Part shown: positions 11,261-20,131 of the stretch, in pieces | How the letters are laid out: each line of letters begins with the position of its first letter | How positions within the stretch are numbered: the first letter of the stretch is position 1 | The notes under the pieces: generated by a model | The model's database searches: none | Seen by the model: the letters and a program-made list of their open reading frames with translations, nothing else | Told to the model about the DNA's origin: nothing | Translations under genes and position numbers: made by a program | Assembly: GCA_045594085.1 (NCBI GenBank) | Contig: JAZNXW010000004.1 | Coordinates: 230,849-294,848, forward strand | Reading direction: 5' to 3' | DNA: 64,000 nt | Source: Eubacteriales bacterium | Lineage (GTDB): Bacteria > Bacillota > Clostridia > Oscillospirales > CAG-272

Positions 11261-12457
11261 ATGAAATCGCTCAAGCATTTATATAAGATCGGTCACGGAC
11301 CGTCAAGCTCACATTCGATGGGACCCGCATACGCTGCTGAGGAATTCCGACACCGTAATCCGGACGCGGACTTTATCAAGGTCACCCTCTATGGCTCTCT
11401 TGCGAAAACGGGTAAAGGACATCATACCGATTATGCAGTGATGTCCGCGCTTGAAGGCGTTGAGGCGGAGGTCGTTTTTGACACCGTGACGGAGGATATC
11501 CCTCACGAAAACACGCTTGATTTCACAGCTTATAAAAACGGAAAAGCGATATCCGCGACAAGATTTCTCTCTGTAGGAGGCGGTGACATAGAGATACCGG
11601 GCGAGCCGCCCGTCGTGCCGTCCGACGTCTATCCGGAAAACAAATTTTCCGACATCGCGGAATACTGCAAGACGCATACAATGCGCCTGTCCGATTACGT
11701 CTATCTTCACGAGGGCGAGGAGATCAAGAAGCATCTTGCCGAGGTCTGGCAGACAATGAAGGATGCGATCTCGCGCGGACTGCGCACGTCGGGAGTGCTT
11801 GAGGGTGGACTCGGCGTTGAAAGAAAGGCGCAGTTCCTTTTCAATCAGCGTCACATCGACGAGAGCAAAACAACGCGCGAAAACAGACTCGTTTGCTCGT
11901 ATGCATTTGCCGTCGCGGAGGAAAATGCCTCGGGTGGCATAGTTGCGACAGCGCCTACGTGCGGCGCCGCAGGCGTAATGCCCGCCGCGCTCAAATATAT
12001 GCAGGAAATGAAGGGCTTCACGGACGATGAGATCATAGATGCGCTTGCTGTCGGAGGTCTTGTCGGAAATATAGTCAAAACGAATGCGTCCGTTTCGGGC
12101 GCCGAATGCGGATGTCAGGCGGAGATCGGCACAGCTACGTCGATGACGGCGGCGGCACTCGCCGAGCTTCACGGAATGGGCATCGATCAGATCGAATACG
12201 CCGCCGAGGTCGCAATGGAGCATCTGCTCGGACTTACCTGCGACCCGATCTGCGGACTTGTGCAGATTCCGTGCATCGAAAGATGCGCAGTTGCGTCGAT
12301 GCGTGCCATCAACGCGCTCTCGCTCGCGAATTTCCTTTCGGGAACGAGAAAGATATCCTTCGACCTTGTAGTGCATACGATGTATGAGACGGGTAAGGAC
12401 ATGAAGGCCCTCTACCGCGAGACTGCGGAGGGCGGTCTTGCAAAGCATTATAAATAA
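11261..12457 (+). CDS. sdaA: L-serine ammonia-lyase (iron-sulfur-dependent L-serine dehydratase, single chain)
   Basis: YKIGHGPSSSHSMGP N-terminal motif and a C-terminal Cys-rich region (SGAECGCQAEIG, CDPICGLVQIPCIERCA). Start set at ATG 11261 after GGAG, not TTG 11243. Confidence 0.85.
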   Translation: MKSLKHLYKIGHGPSSSHSMGPAYAAEEFRHRNPDADFIKVTLYGSLAKTGKGHHTDYAVMSALEGVEAEVVFDTVTEDIPHENTLDFTAYKNGKAISATRFLSVGGGDIEIPGEPPVVPSDVYPENKFSDIAEYCKTHTMRLSDYVYLHEGEEIKKHLAEVWQTMKDAISRGLRTSGVLEGGLGVERKAQFLFNQRHIDESKTTRENRLVCSYAFAVAEENASGGIVATAPTCGAAGVMPAALKYMQEMKGFTDDEIIDALAVGGLVGNIVKTNASVSGAECGCQAEIGTATSMTAAALAELHGMGIDQIEYAAEVAMEHLLGLTCDPICGLVQIPCIERCAVASMRAINALSLANFLSGTRKISFDLVVHTMYETGKDMKALYRETAEGGLAKHYK

Positions 12458-12480
12458 GAGTGTGGAACGGAGGAACTGTG

Positions 12481-13323
12481 ATGAAAGAGTTTCGTATGCG
12501 CTTTCCCGGCGGGAAGCAGAAGACTTTTACGATGAGCTACGATGACGGAGTTGAGCAGGATATAAGACTTATCGAGCTGATGCGACGTCACGGGGTCAAG
12601 TGCACCTTCAATCTGAGCTCGGGTGAATATCCGCCAGAGGGACATAAATGGCCCGAGGGGCAGGTTCATCGCCGTATGCCGCTTTCCGAATGCAAGAGCG
12701 TTTATGTCGGAGATGATATCGAGGTCGCGATCCATGGCACTCACCATCCTCATTGGAATTCACAACCCGCGCCGCTTGCGATGTGGGACATCATAAACGA
12801 CCGCCGAGTGCTTGAAGCGCAGTACGGCGGTATCATCCGCGGAGGAGCTTATCCCTTCGGATCGTTCAACGATACGGCAGTCGAGCTTCTGCGTCTTGCA
12901 GGCATCAAATACTGCCGCACGGTCATATCGAGTCACAGCTTCGATATGCCTCGCGATTGGCTCAGGCTTGAGGCTACCTGCCATCACCGAGACGCAAGAC
13001 TGAATGAGCTTGCGGACAGATTCATCGCGCTCGACCGCCCGAGAGCGGAGCCGATGATGTTTTATCTGTGGGGCCACGCGTATGAATTTGAGGGCGCGGA
13101 TAACTGGTACGTTATTGAGGAGCTGCTCGAAAAGATCGGCGGCAGAGACGATATCTGGTACGCGACAAACATCGAGATATGTGATTATCACGAGGCGTTC
13201 GGCAGACTTTATTTCTCCGCTGACGGTACGTCGGTACATAACCCCACTGCAATCGATCTTTGGGGAACTGACGGCGAAAAAACAGTTATGATCCCGTCGG
13301 GCGCGACTGTTTTACTCAAGTAA
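12481..13323 (+). CDS. polysaccharide deacetylase family protein (CE4-like)
   Basis: FTMSYDDG, VAIHGTHHP and WGHAYEF motifs. ATG 12481 lies 7 nt after GGAGG. Confidence 0.8.
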   Translation: MKEFRMRFPGGKQKTFTMSYDDGVEQDIRLIELMRRHGVKCTFNLSSGEYPPEGHKWPEGQVHRRMPLSECKSVYVGDDIEVAIHGTHHPHWNSQPAPLAMWDIINDRRVLEAQYGGIIRGGAYPFGSFNDTAVELLRLAGIKYCRTVISSHSFDMPRDWLRLEATCHHRDARLNELADRFIALDRPRAEPMMFYLWGHAYEFEGADNWYVIEELLEKIGGRDDIWYATNIEICDYHEAFGRLYFSADGTSVHNPTAIDLWGTDGEKTVMIPSGATVLLK

Positions 13324-15443
13324 TGAAGCAAAAGATCACGTTTGACTCGCCCGTTTCGGCGCTTTCGGGAGTTGCCGAGGGCGGAGCGAGAGAAAAACAG
13401 CTGTTCAAACTCGGAATTTATACAGTAGGCGATCTGCTGTCGCATTATCCGAGAGCATACGAGGACCGCGGTGACGTCAGAAGCATCGCGGACGAGCCGG
13501 AGGGGGAGCCGCATGCATACGTCTTGACAGTCGTGACGGCGGCTTCGATCACGACTCCTCGCAGAGGAATGACGATACTGAAATTCCGCGCCGCGGACGA
13601 TTCGGGTACGGCAGAGGTCTGCTTTTTCAATCGGCATTACCTCAAAGCCTCCTTTCCCGTCGGGGCGCGGACGCGTTTCTACGGCAAAACGGTGCGCGAG
13701 CGCAACGGAATAAAGCTGTATTCGCCTGCGTTTGAGGCTGTCGGTGCGGAGCTTGCCTCGCTTGTTCCTATATACAGAACGACAGAAGGACTTTCGCGCA
13801 AAATCCTTGTGTCGCTTATCAAAAAAGCGTCGGACGCGCTTTTGCCGTCCGTGCGCGACTATCTTCCCGATGAAATACGCCGCGAGCGCGAACTGTCCAC
13901 GCTCCGCTACGCGTATGAACATATACACTCGCCTGAGTCTGCGGACGCTCTTGAGCGCGCAAGACGCAGACTCATATACGATGAATTTTTCCTCTTTGCC
14001 GTCCGTATGCGGCTTGCACGCGACGAAATGCATCATGGCAGTACGGTGCCGTTTGAGAGGGTGGATCTGTCGCCGTATACGTCCTCGCTCGGATACGAGC
14101 TTACGGGCGCGCAAAAACGTGCGATCGCGGACATCGCCTCCGATCTTTCGTCGGATACGCCGATGTGCCGTATCGTCGTCGGTGACGTCGGATGCGGCAA
14201 GACGGCGGTTGCCGCCGCGTCTGCGTATATCACGGCGAAAAACGGCAGACAGTGCGTGCTTATGGCACCGACGGAGATCCTTGCACGTCAGCATTATGCG
14301 GATCTCTCCGAGACGCTCGGCGCGCTCGGACTCAAGGTGTCGCTTCTCGTAGGATCGATGAAGGCGGCGGAAAAGCGCGCGGCGCTTGCCTCTGCCACGG
14401 CAACGGGCGCGGACAGAGCCGATCTCGTCATCGGTACGCACGCGCTTATCGAGGACGGAGTCGGATTTGACTCGCTCGGACTCGTGATTACAGATGAGCA
14501 GCACCGATTCGGTGCGATGCAAAGGGCAAAGCTTGCCGAAAAGGGCGGCGACTGCGTGAATACGCTCGTTATGAGTGCGACTCCTATACCGCGTACACTG
14601 TCTCTTGTTATGTACGGCGATCTCGACATCTCCGTTATCGACGAGATGCCTCCCGGACGGCAAACTGTCGATACGTTTGTCGTTGACGAAAGCTACCGCC
14701 CGAGGCTTTACGCCTTTATGCGCAAGCAGATCGAAAACGGCAATCAGGTATACGTCGTCTGTCCCGCTGTCGGCACGGATGAGGACGCGGACGAGTACCG
14801 CGATCCCGACGAGCCTACACTTAAAGCAGCAACGGAATACGCGAAGGAGCTTTCCGAGTCCGTTTTTCCCGATATAAAGGTCGGATTCGTTCACGGAAAG
14901 ATGAAGGGCGCGGATAAGGACTCGGTGATGAGGGATTTTGCCTCCGGCGAGATAAAGATCCTCGTCTCAACGACTGTTATCGAGGTCGGAGTAAACGTGC
15001 CGAATGCAACGTTGATGGTGGTGGAGAACGCGGAGCGATTCGGTCTGTCACAGCTTCATCAGCTTCGCGGACGTGTCGGCAGAGGCAGGGATAAATCATA
15101 CTGCGTGCTCGTCTCAAAATCAGCGAATGCAGAGGGAACGCCTGCCTACGAGCGTCTTATGACTATGAAAAAGGAGCATAACGGCTTCATGATCGCGGAG
15201 AAGGACCTCGCACTGCGCGGTCCGGGCGATTTTTTGCCTCAAAACGGAAGCGTCCGCCAAAGCGGAAGCGTCTCGTTCTGCCTCGCACGGCTCGAGGATG
15301 AGGACGGAATGCTTTGGCTGAAGCGTGCGTTTGCGGATGCATCGGAGCTGCTTGATGCTCCCGACGCATTGACGCGTCCCGAAAATGCAGAGCTTCTGCG
15401 CCGTGTTGCTCACACGGAGCACGACCGCTCGACAATATCGTAA
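13323..15443 (+). CDS. recG: ATP-dependent DNA helicase RecG
   Basis: 706 aa with an N-terminal wedge/OB region. Walker A is GDVGCGKT, followed by DEQHRFG, then TATPIPRT-like and QLHQLRGRVGRG helicase motifs. Its start overlaps the previous stop (TAATG). Confidence 0.95.
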   Translation: MKQKITFDSPVSALSGVAEGGAREKQLFKLGIYTVGDLLSHYPRAYEDRGDVRSIADEPEGEPHAYVLTVVTAASITTPRRGMTILKFRAADDSGTAEVCFFNRHYLKASFPVGARTRFYGKTVRERNGIKLYSPAFEAVGAELASLVPIYRTTEGLSRKILVSLIKKASDALLPSVRDYLPDEIRRERELSTLRYAYEHIHSPESADALERARRRLIYDEFFLFAVRMRLARDEMHHGSTVPFERVDLSPYTSSLGYELTGAQKRAIADIASDLSSDTPMCRIVVGDVGCGKTAVAAASAYITAKNGRQCVLMAPTEILARQHYADLSETLGALGLKVSLLVGSMKAAEKRAALASATATGADRADLVIGTHALIEDGVGFDSLGLVITDEQHRFGAMQRAKLAEKGGDCVNTLVMSATPIPRTLSLVMYGDLDISVIDEMPPGRQTVDTFVVDESYRPRLYAFMRKQIENGNQVYVVCPAVGTDEDADEYRDPDEPTLKAATEYAKELSESVFPDIKVGFVHGKMKGADKDSVMRDFASGEIKILVSTTVIEVGVNVPNATLMVVENAERFGLSQLHQLRGRVGRGRDKSYCVLVSKSANAEGTPAYERLMTMKKEHNGFMIAEKDLALRGPGDFLPQNGSVRQSGSVSFCLARLEDEDGMLWLKRAFADASELLDAPDALTRPENAELLRRVAHTEHDRSTIS

Positions 15444-15461
15444 AAATAAAGGATTTTCCAA

Positions 15462-16388
15462 GTGATTACTGTGTTTTTTTGTCAACCGAGCGAGGTGGCG
15501 GACCGTGAGATCGGATTTTCTGTCATTGTCACTCGGTATGAGGGTAAATGGGTGTTCTCGCGTCATCGGGAAAGAGTGACGTGGGAGGTGCCGGGCGGTC
15601 ACCGTGAGATCGGTGAGAGCACGGATGAGACGGCGGTACGTGAGCTTTGGGAGGAGACGGGTATCCGCGACGCGGTCCTGACTCCCGTCACCGTTTACGG
15701 CGTTGACAGAGACGGCGATAAATCGTATGGAATGCTGTACTTCGCCGACGCGCACGAGCGCGGCGAGGTGCCGGACGGTACCGAAATGCTCGAAACTGAG
15801 CTGTTCGTCACTTTGCCCGACGATCTGACTTACCCCGAAATACAGCCGAAACTGTTTAATTACGTGCAAAATTGGCTCAATTTGCAAAATTCCGCCGATG
15901 AGCTTTGGGACGTCTATGACCGCGACCGCGTGCCGCAGGGACGGCTTCACAGACGCGGCGATCCGATGTCCGCAGGGGATTACCATATGGTAGTTCATAT
16001 ATGGACGCTTGATCGTGACGGCCGCATACTTCTGACACAGCGCAGTCTGAACAAGGGGTTCCCGGGACGTTGGGAATCGACGGGCGGCTCCGCCATAGCG
16101 GGCGATGACTCGCTCACAGCGGCAATGCGTGAGGTGCGTGAAGAGACGGGACTCGCACTCGATCCCGAACGCGGGCGTATAATCGGCCGATACACGGGAA
16201 AGGACTATTTCACGGACGTGTGGCTGTTCAGACACGATTTTACGCTTGACGACGTGACGCTGTTGCCGTCTGAGACAATGGACGCGAGACTCGTTGACTT
16301 TGAAACGCTCAAAAAGATGAGCGCAGACGGCACGCTCGTACCGTACTGGTATATTGATGAGCTCGAAGCTGTTTTGACGCACAAATGA
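15462..16388 (+). CDS. tandem-Nudix hydrolase (two Nudix domains)
   Basis: Two Nudix boxes: GHREIGESTDETAVRELWEETGI and GSAIAGDDSLTAAMREVREETGL. GTG start. Confidence 0.85.
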   Translation: MITVFFCQPSEVADREIGFSVIVTRYEGKWVFSRHRERVTWEVPGGHREIGESTDETAVRELWEETGIRDAVLTPVTVYGVDRDGDKSYGMLYFADAHERGEVPDGTEMLETELFVTLPDDLTYPEIQPKLFNYVQNWLNLQNSADELWDVYDRDRVPQGRLHRRGDPMSAGDYHMVVHIWTLDRDGRILLTQRSLNKGFPGRWESTGGSAIAGDDSLTAAMREVREETGLALDPERGRIIGRYTGKDYFTDVWLFRHDFTLDDVTLLPSETMDARLVDFETLKKMSADGTLVPYWYIDELEAVLTHK

Positions 16389-16416
16389 AAAAAGCATCCG
16401 GGAGGATGCTTTTTTA
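16388..16416. terminator. bidirectional terminator (Nudix gene / sodC)
   Basis: AAAAAAGCATCC-GGGA-GGATGCTTTTTT. It overlaps the sodC stop codon. Confidence 0.7.
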
Positions 16417-16854
16417 TTTCACTTTCGTTATTACTCCGCAGGCGATCTTTGTTCCTGCGTTCCCCGACGGCTGAGTGCGGAAATCGTCAGGCTCCGAATG
16501 GATGACAACAGTCTTTCCAATCGCGTCATCGACTGTAAAACGGTCGGTGAATACGGTCATTGAAGCGCATCCTCCGCACGAGAGAAGCGGCGGAAGATCA
16601 CCGGAATGATCCGGATGCGGCGATCCTGTCAGATCAAAATGAGCGCCTGTGTCGGCGAATGCGTCACCGCCGCAGTCCGCGCCCTCATGGATGTGAAACG
16701 CAAAAAATCCGTCCTTCGGCAGCCCTGTGACGTGAACAGACACAATGGTGCCGTACGGTGACGCATAAAAATCCGCTTTTCCGTGTATGCGCGGCGCGCC
16801 CTCTCCTCCGACAATGTAAGTCTCTGCCGACGGCGAAGCTTTGCTTTGTATCAT
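16414..16854 (-). CDS. sodC: Cu/Zn superoxide dismutase family protein (no signal peptide)
   Basis: The FHIHEGADCGG, GAHFD, HPDHSGDLPP, VVIHSEPDD and KIACGVI motifs cover the Cu/Zn ligands and the disulfide Cys pair. 146 aa. Confidence 0.85.
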   Translation of the reverse strand: MIQSKASPSAETYIVGGEGAPRIHGKADFYASPYGTIVSVHVTGLPKDGFFAFHIHEGADCGGDAFADTGAHFDLTGSPHPDHSGDLPPLLSCGGCASMTVFTDRFTVDDAIGKTVVIHSEPDDFRTQPSGNAGTKIACGVITKVK

Positions 16855-16882
16855 TTGTTATTACCTCTGTAAATGCGTATTT

Positions 16883-16900
16883 TGTAAACGTGCGTTTACA
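16883..16900. promoter_or_regulatory. perfect 8-2-8 palindrome, candidate operator upstream of sodC
   Basis: TGTAAACG-TG-CGTTTACA lies 29 nt upstream of the sodC ATG. A related half-site, CTGTAAATGCG, lies just beside it. Confidence 0.4.
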
Positions 16901-16976
16901 GTCAGTTTATGCATCAAAAGCAAAAACGGACGCATCTGTATGGATGCCCGTGGTAGGATACGGTGCACTTTTCTGC

Positions 16977-17006
16977 TTTTTAATTCAGAGGTTTTTAATT
17001 CAGAGG
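16977..17006. repeat. perfect tandem duplication of a 15-nt unit
   Basis: TTTTTAATTCAGAGG occurs twice head-to-tail (16977-16991 and 16992-17006) in the AT-rich sodC / XRE-TPR intergenic region. Confidence 0.9.
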
Positions 17007-17167
17007 GAAATGTCTTTTTTTAATAAAGTCGCGTTTTTGCTGATTCAGTCGATTCAACCGTCGGTTGCATTGAAACTCGAAAAATAAGTTATTGTTTTTG
17101 TTTATCGGGTATGCTATATTTTTATCGGAACACGAATTCCTACAAGTAAAATTGCGAGGTGAATTAA

Positions 17168-17821
17168 ATGACGATTGGGGAAAGAATCAAAGAACTTCGA
17201 AAAAAGAATGGCTTGACACAAGAAAAGCTTGCCGACCAGCTAGGTGTTTCTTATCAAGCGGTTTCAAAATGGGAATGTAATATCTCTATTCCTGACGTAT
17301 CGCTTATTGAGCCTCTTACAAAACTTTTCCGAATTACTGCCGATGAATTACTGGGAATAAAGACAAATGATGAGGATAAATTGAAAGAAAAATATGATAC
17401 GGCGTATCAAAATTTCAGATGCTCCCGAAATCACAGCAGTAGTTACTGGTGGGCAAAAGAAGCGACGTTAGCGTTTCCCGATAATTATAATTATTTGGAG
17501 TGGCTTGCCTATGCAGAATATCGGCTTGCGTTTGCAGAACTCAACGAAAATGATCCGAGTGTTGAATATTTTAATGAATTGACAGAAAATTCTTTGCGCC
17601 ATTACGAAAGCATCGTTGACAACTGTTCCGACACTGATATTTATACAAAAGCGGTTTTGGGGAAAATCATGGTTTTGCGGTTTTTAGATCGAATTGATGA
17701 AGCAGAGTGGAGCGCAGAATTTGAATATCCTGATGTTAAAATAAAAACGGCGGAACAGGTCTTGTCGCTTTGTGATGAAGGAAAAACATTATTGAATTAT
17801 TTGGCGAATGAGGTCAAATGA
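17168..17821 (+). CDS. XRE-family HTH transcriptional regulator with helical-repeat (TPR-like) C-terminal domain
   Basis: The N-terminus IGERIKELRKKNGLTQEKLADQLGVSYQAVSKWECNISIPDVSLIEPLTKLFRITADELLG is a Cro/C1-type HTH. The C-terminal 150 aa are helix-rich. The gene is visibly AT-rich relative to its flanks. Confidence 0.85.
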   Translation: MTIGERIKELRKKNGLTQEKLADQLGVSYQAVSKWECNISIPDVSLIEPLTKLFRITADELLGIKTNDEDKLKEKYDTAYQNFRCSRNHSSSYWWAKEATLAFPDNYNYLEWLAYAEYRLAFAELNENDPSVEYFNELTENSLRHYESIVDNCSDTDIYTKAVLGKIMVLRFLDRIDEAEWSAEFEYPDVKIKTAEQVLSLCDEGKTLLNYLANEVK

Positions 17822-17867
17822 TCCTTGCTTACCTTGCGCGAACAGATGTAAAATAAATATTTATCTA

Positions 17868-17906
17868 CAAAAAGGACAGAGAACGCTGAAATTCTCTGTC
17901 CTTTTC
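17868..17906 (+). terminator. terminator of the XRE-TPR gene
   Basis: AGGACAGAGAA / TTCTCTGTCCT stem followed by TTTT. Confidence 0.65.
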
Positions 17907-17974
17907 CTGTCGATAGATATTCTCTTATAATTTGCTTGTAAGAGGACGAATCAATCGGTTCGTCCGTGATTTTA

Positions 17975-19936
17975 TCAGAATCTGATTACTGCAAATGACT
18001 GTGCGGGGAGGGTGATTCCGTCCGCGACCTTGCCGGAAGCAGCGTAAGGCTTGACCTTTTCGGGTTCCTCAATGCTGTTGGATGCGAGAAGATCCTCGTG
18101 CGACATGATTTCGGCGGTGTAGGACTTGTTTGCCCAGCATTCGTCAACGGCGAGAGTTACGGGAACGTCTTCCGCGTTGCGGTTGACTATCTTTAAGATG
18201 ACGGTATCAGTGGACTCAACGTAGGAAATCGAGTAGTAGATGCCCGATTCGGCGGCGGATTTTTCCTCGCCGTCCGTCTTGAGTGTAACCTCACCGACGT
18301 TTGTTCCGTAGAGCTTCTGAACGTAATAGCTCGGTGAGCCGTATGCGTTCTTGTCATCAAACCAGATCATATCCGGCCACCACTGAGAGTAGCCGACGCG
18401 TGCGAACAGCGGCGCGTAGGATGCAAGAACGACAACGTCGGAGTTGCGCTCAACGCCCGTGAGGAATGCGGCTTCGGCGAGCGCGCCGTGGAGGTTGTTT
18501 GCCTCTGTCGGCTTGCGGATTCCCGACGGATGCGCCGCGTATTCACCCGAGAAGACCTTGATCTTTCTCGAATATTCGTCGTAGAAGTTGACATGGTCGA
18601 ACAGCCATTCGGGCTTGACGTAGTAGTGCTCGTCAACTGCGTATGCAAATCCTACTTCGTCCTCGTGCTCGCGGTAGAAGTTCCACGCCTTTTCGTACTT
18701 TTCGGAGGTGATGTCGGGACCTGCGGATCCGATTATCATCACGTTCGGATCGTACTTGTGAACTGCTTTTTCAAAGATGACGTATCTTTCGAAGAAGTCG
18801 GCGCGTTCCGTCTGCCACTGCTCGTTGCCTATGCCGAGCATCTTGAGTCCGAACGGAGCGGGATGACCGAGTCTTTCGCGGACAGCGCCCCACTTGGTGG
18901 TCACATCGCCGTTGGCGAATTCGAGCAGATCGATCGCGTCCTGCACGAATTCCTTGAATTCCTCGCTGTCGATGGCAACCTGCTCGATGGACTGATACTG
19001 ACAAGCAAGTCCCACGTTAAGCACGGGCAGCGGCTCTGCACCGATCAGCTCGCAAAGGAGGAAGTACTCATAGAATCCGAGGCCGAGCGTCTGGTTGTAG
19101 TGCGCGAAGCGAGTCTCAAAATTGTTGTGAGGACCCGATCCGTGCACAGCCCAACGGTTGAAGTTGTTCTTGCGGCGCCAAGGCTCGGTGAGGGAATTTT
19201 TGTAGCGGTAACGGTTCCAAAGCGTGTTGCCTTCGATGATGCAACCGCCGGGGAAACGCATAAATCCGGGCTTCATTTCAGCAAGAAGCTCGAAAAGATC
19301 GCGTCTGAATATGCCTGCGACGGCGTCGCCGGGGAACATCGACACGAAATCGAATTCGACGATGCCGGGCTCGTTTACGGTGATGGCAAAGGTAGCGGCT
19401 CTGACGTCATCGTCGGCGGTGAGAGTGAGCTCATATTTCCTGAAGAAATTGTACGTTTCGGAGACAAAATCGCCGGAGTTGACGCTTGCTTTTCCGTAAA
19501 CGACGCCGTCCTTGACGATCGAAACGGTGAAATCACCGCCGAAGCGCACGCAGCGTGCGAAGAAGGTGATCTTGTAGTCAAGGCCCTTTGTGAGCGTGAT
19601 GCCGTCGTAAGCCTTGTTTGCGAGACCGCCGCCCGCTCTCTTGGCTTCAACTCTCATGTAGTGAGGATTTTCTTCGCAAAGAGGACTTCCCATAACGGGA
19701 CGGATAACGGCACTGAAGCTTTCGGGGTACGCGCTCCAGCCGTAGCCGCCGTCGTAGACGGTGTAATAGTCGCGGACGTCTCCGCCGGAACGATAGAACT
19801 CGAACGAACGGTTCTCGATCATTTCAGCGTAAAGACCGCCGTCAGCGGCGTAGTTTATGTCCTCAAAGAAAAGACCGATCATTCTTTCGTTGATCTTGTG
19901 TCCGATGTTTTTTCTTATGTTGATGTTCATATTCAT
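17975..19936 (-). CDS. alpha-L-arabinofuranosidase, glycoside hydrolase family 51
   Basis: GLFFEDINYAADGGLYAEMIENRSFE, FPGGC, LGIGNEQW (acid/base region) and FSGEYA (nucleophile region). Start set at ATG 19936, 6 nt after AAGGAAAGG; the ORF track starts at TTG 19957. Confidence 0.88.
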   Translation of the reverse strand: MNMNINIRKNIGHKINERMIGLFFEDINYAADGGLYAEMIENRSFEFYRSGGDVRDYYTVYDGGYGWSAYPESFSAVIRPVMGSPLCEENPHYMRVEAKRAGGGLANKAYDGITLTKGLDYKITFFARCVRFGGDFTVSIVKDGVVYGKASVNSGDFVSETYNFFRKYELTLTADDDVRAATFAITVNEPGIVEFDFVSMFPGDAVAGIFRRDLFELLAEMKPGFMRFPGGCIIEGNTLWNRYRYKNSLTEPWRRKNNFNRWAVHGSGPHNNFETRFAHYNQTLGLGFYEYFLLCELIGAEPLPVLNVGLACQYQSIEQVAIDSEEFKEFVQDAIDLLEFANGDVTTKWGAVRERLGHPAPFGLKMLGIGNEQWQTERADFFERYVIFEKAVHKYDPNVMIIGSAGPDITSEKYEKAWNFYREHEDEVGFAYAVDEHYYVKPEWLFDHVNFYDEYSRKIKVFSGEYAAHPSGIRKPTEANNLHGALAEAAFLTGVERNSDVVVLASYAPLFARVGYSQWWPDMIWFDDKNAYGSPSYYVQKLYGTNVGEVTLKTDGEEKSAAESGIYYSISYVESTDTVILKIVNRNAEDVPVTLAVDECWANKSYTAEIMSHEDLLASNSIEEPEKVKPYAASGKVADGITLPAQSFAVIRF

Positions 19937-20065
19937 ATTTGACCTTTCCTTGCACAAGTCGTTGGTTCAATTATATATTGCCCGAGGCAAAAGGTCAAGG
20001 AAAAGAGAAGAAAAAGACCGCAATAATCTTAACGCAAAAGTTGTAAAGACGATGTCGGTCAAAAC

Positions 20066-20094
20066 TTGACTTAAAAGCGGTCGTGTGTTATAAT
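20066..20094 (+). promoter_or_regulatory. sigma-A-type promoter with extended -10
   Basis: TTGACT, a 17-nt spacer, then TGTTATAAT. Confidence 0.55.
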
Positions 20095-20131
20095 TTCCAC
20101 AGAAAAACTATTATAGAAAGTGAGCCGCGTT

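Noticed and set aside
13209-14894. 561-aa Arg-rich ORF antisense to recG. Similar long antisense ORFs occur at 11309-12448 (sdaA), 18488-19942 (GH51), 29600-30685 (hppA), 40220-42046 (GH2) and 15120-16397 (recG/Nudix).
   Set aside because: For recG I checked that the antisense ORF is in the codon-aligned antisense frame. The others look like the same phenomenon. The translations are Arg/Gly/Val-rich junk without motifs, RBSs or independent terminators.
16883-16900. The sodC-upstream palindrome read as a CcpA cre site.
   Set aside because: The cre consensus (TGWAANCGNTNWCA) is 14 nt. This element is an 8-2-8 palindrome of 18 nt, and its halves are spaced too far apart to fit cre.
16855-17974. 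Calling the AT-rich islets (16855-17974, 27480-28540, 42518-43980) mobile elements or genomic islands.
   Set aside because: No integrase, transposase, recombinase, flanking direct repeats or tRNA-adjacent att-like sequences are visible. Compositional deviation alone, judged by eye, is insufficient.
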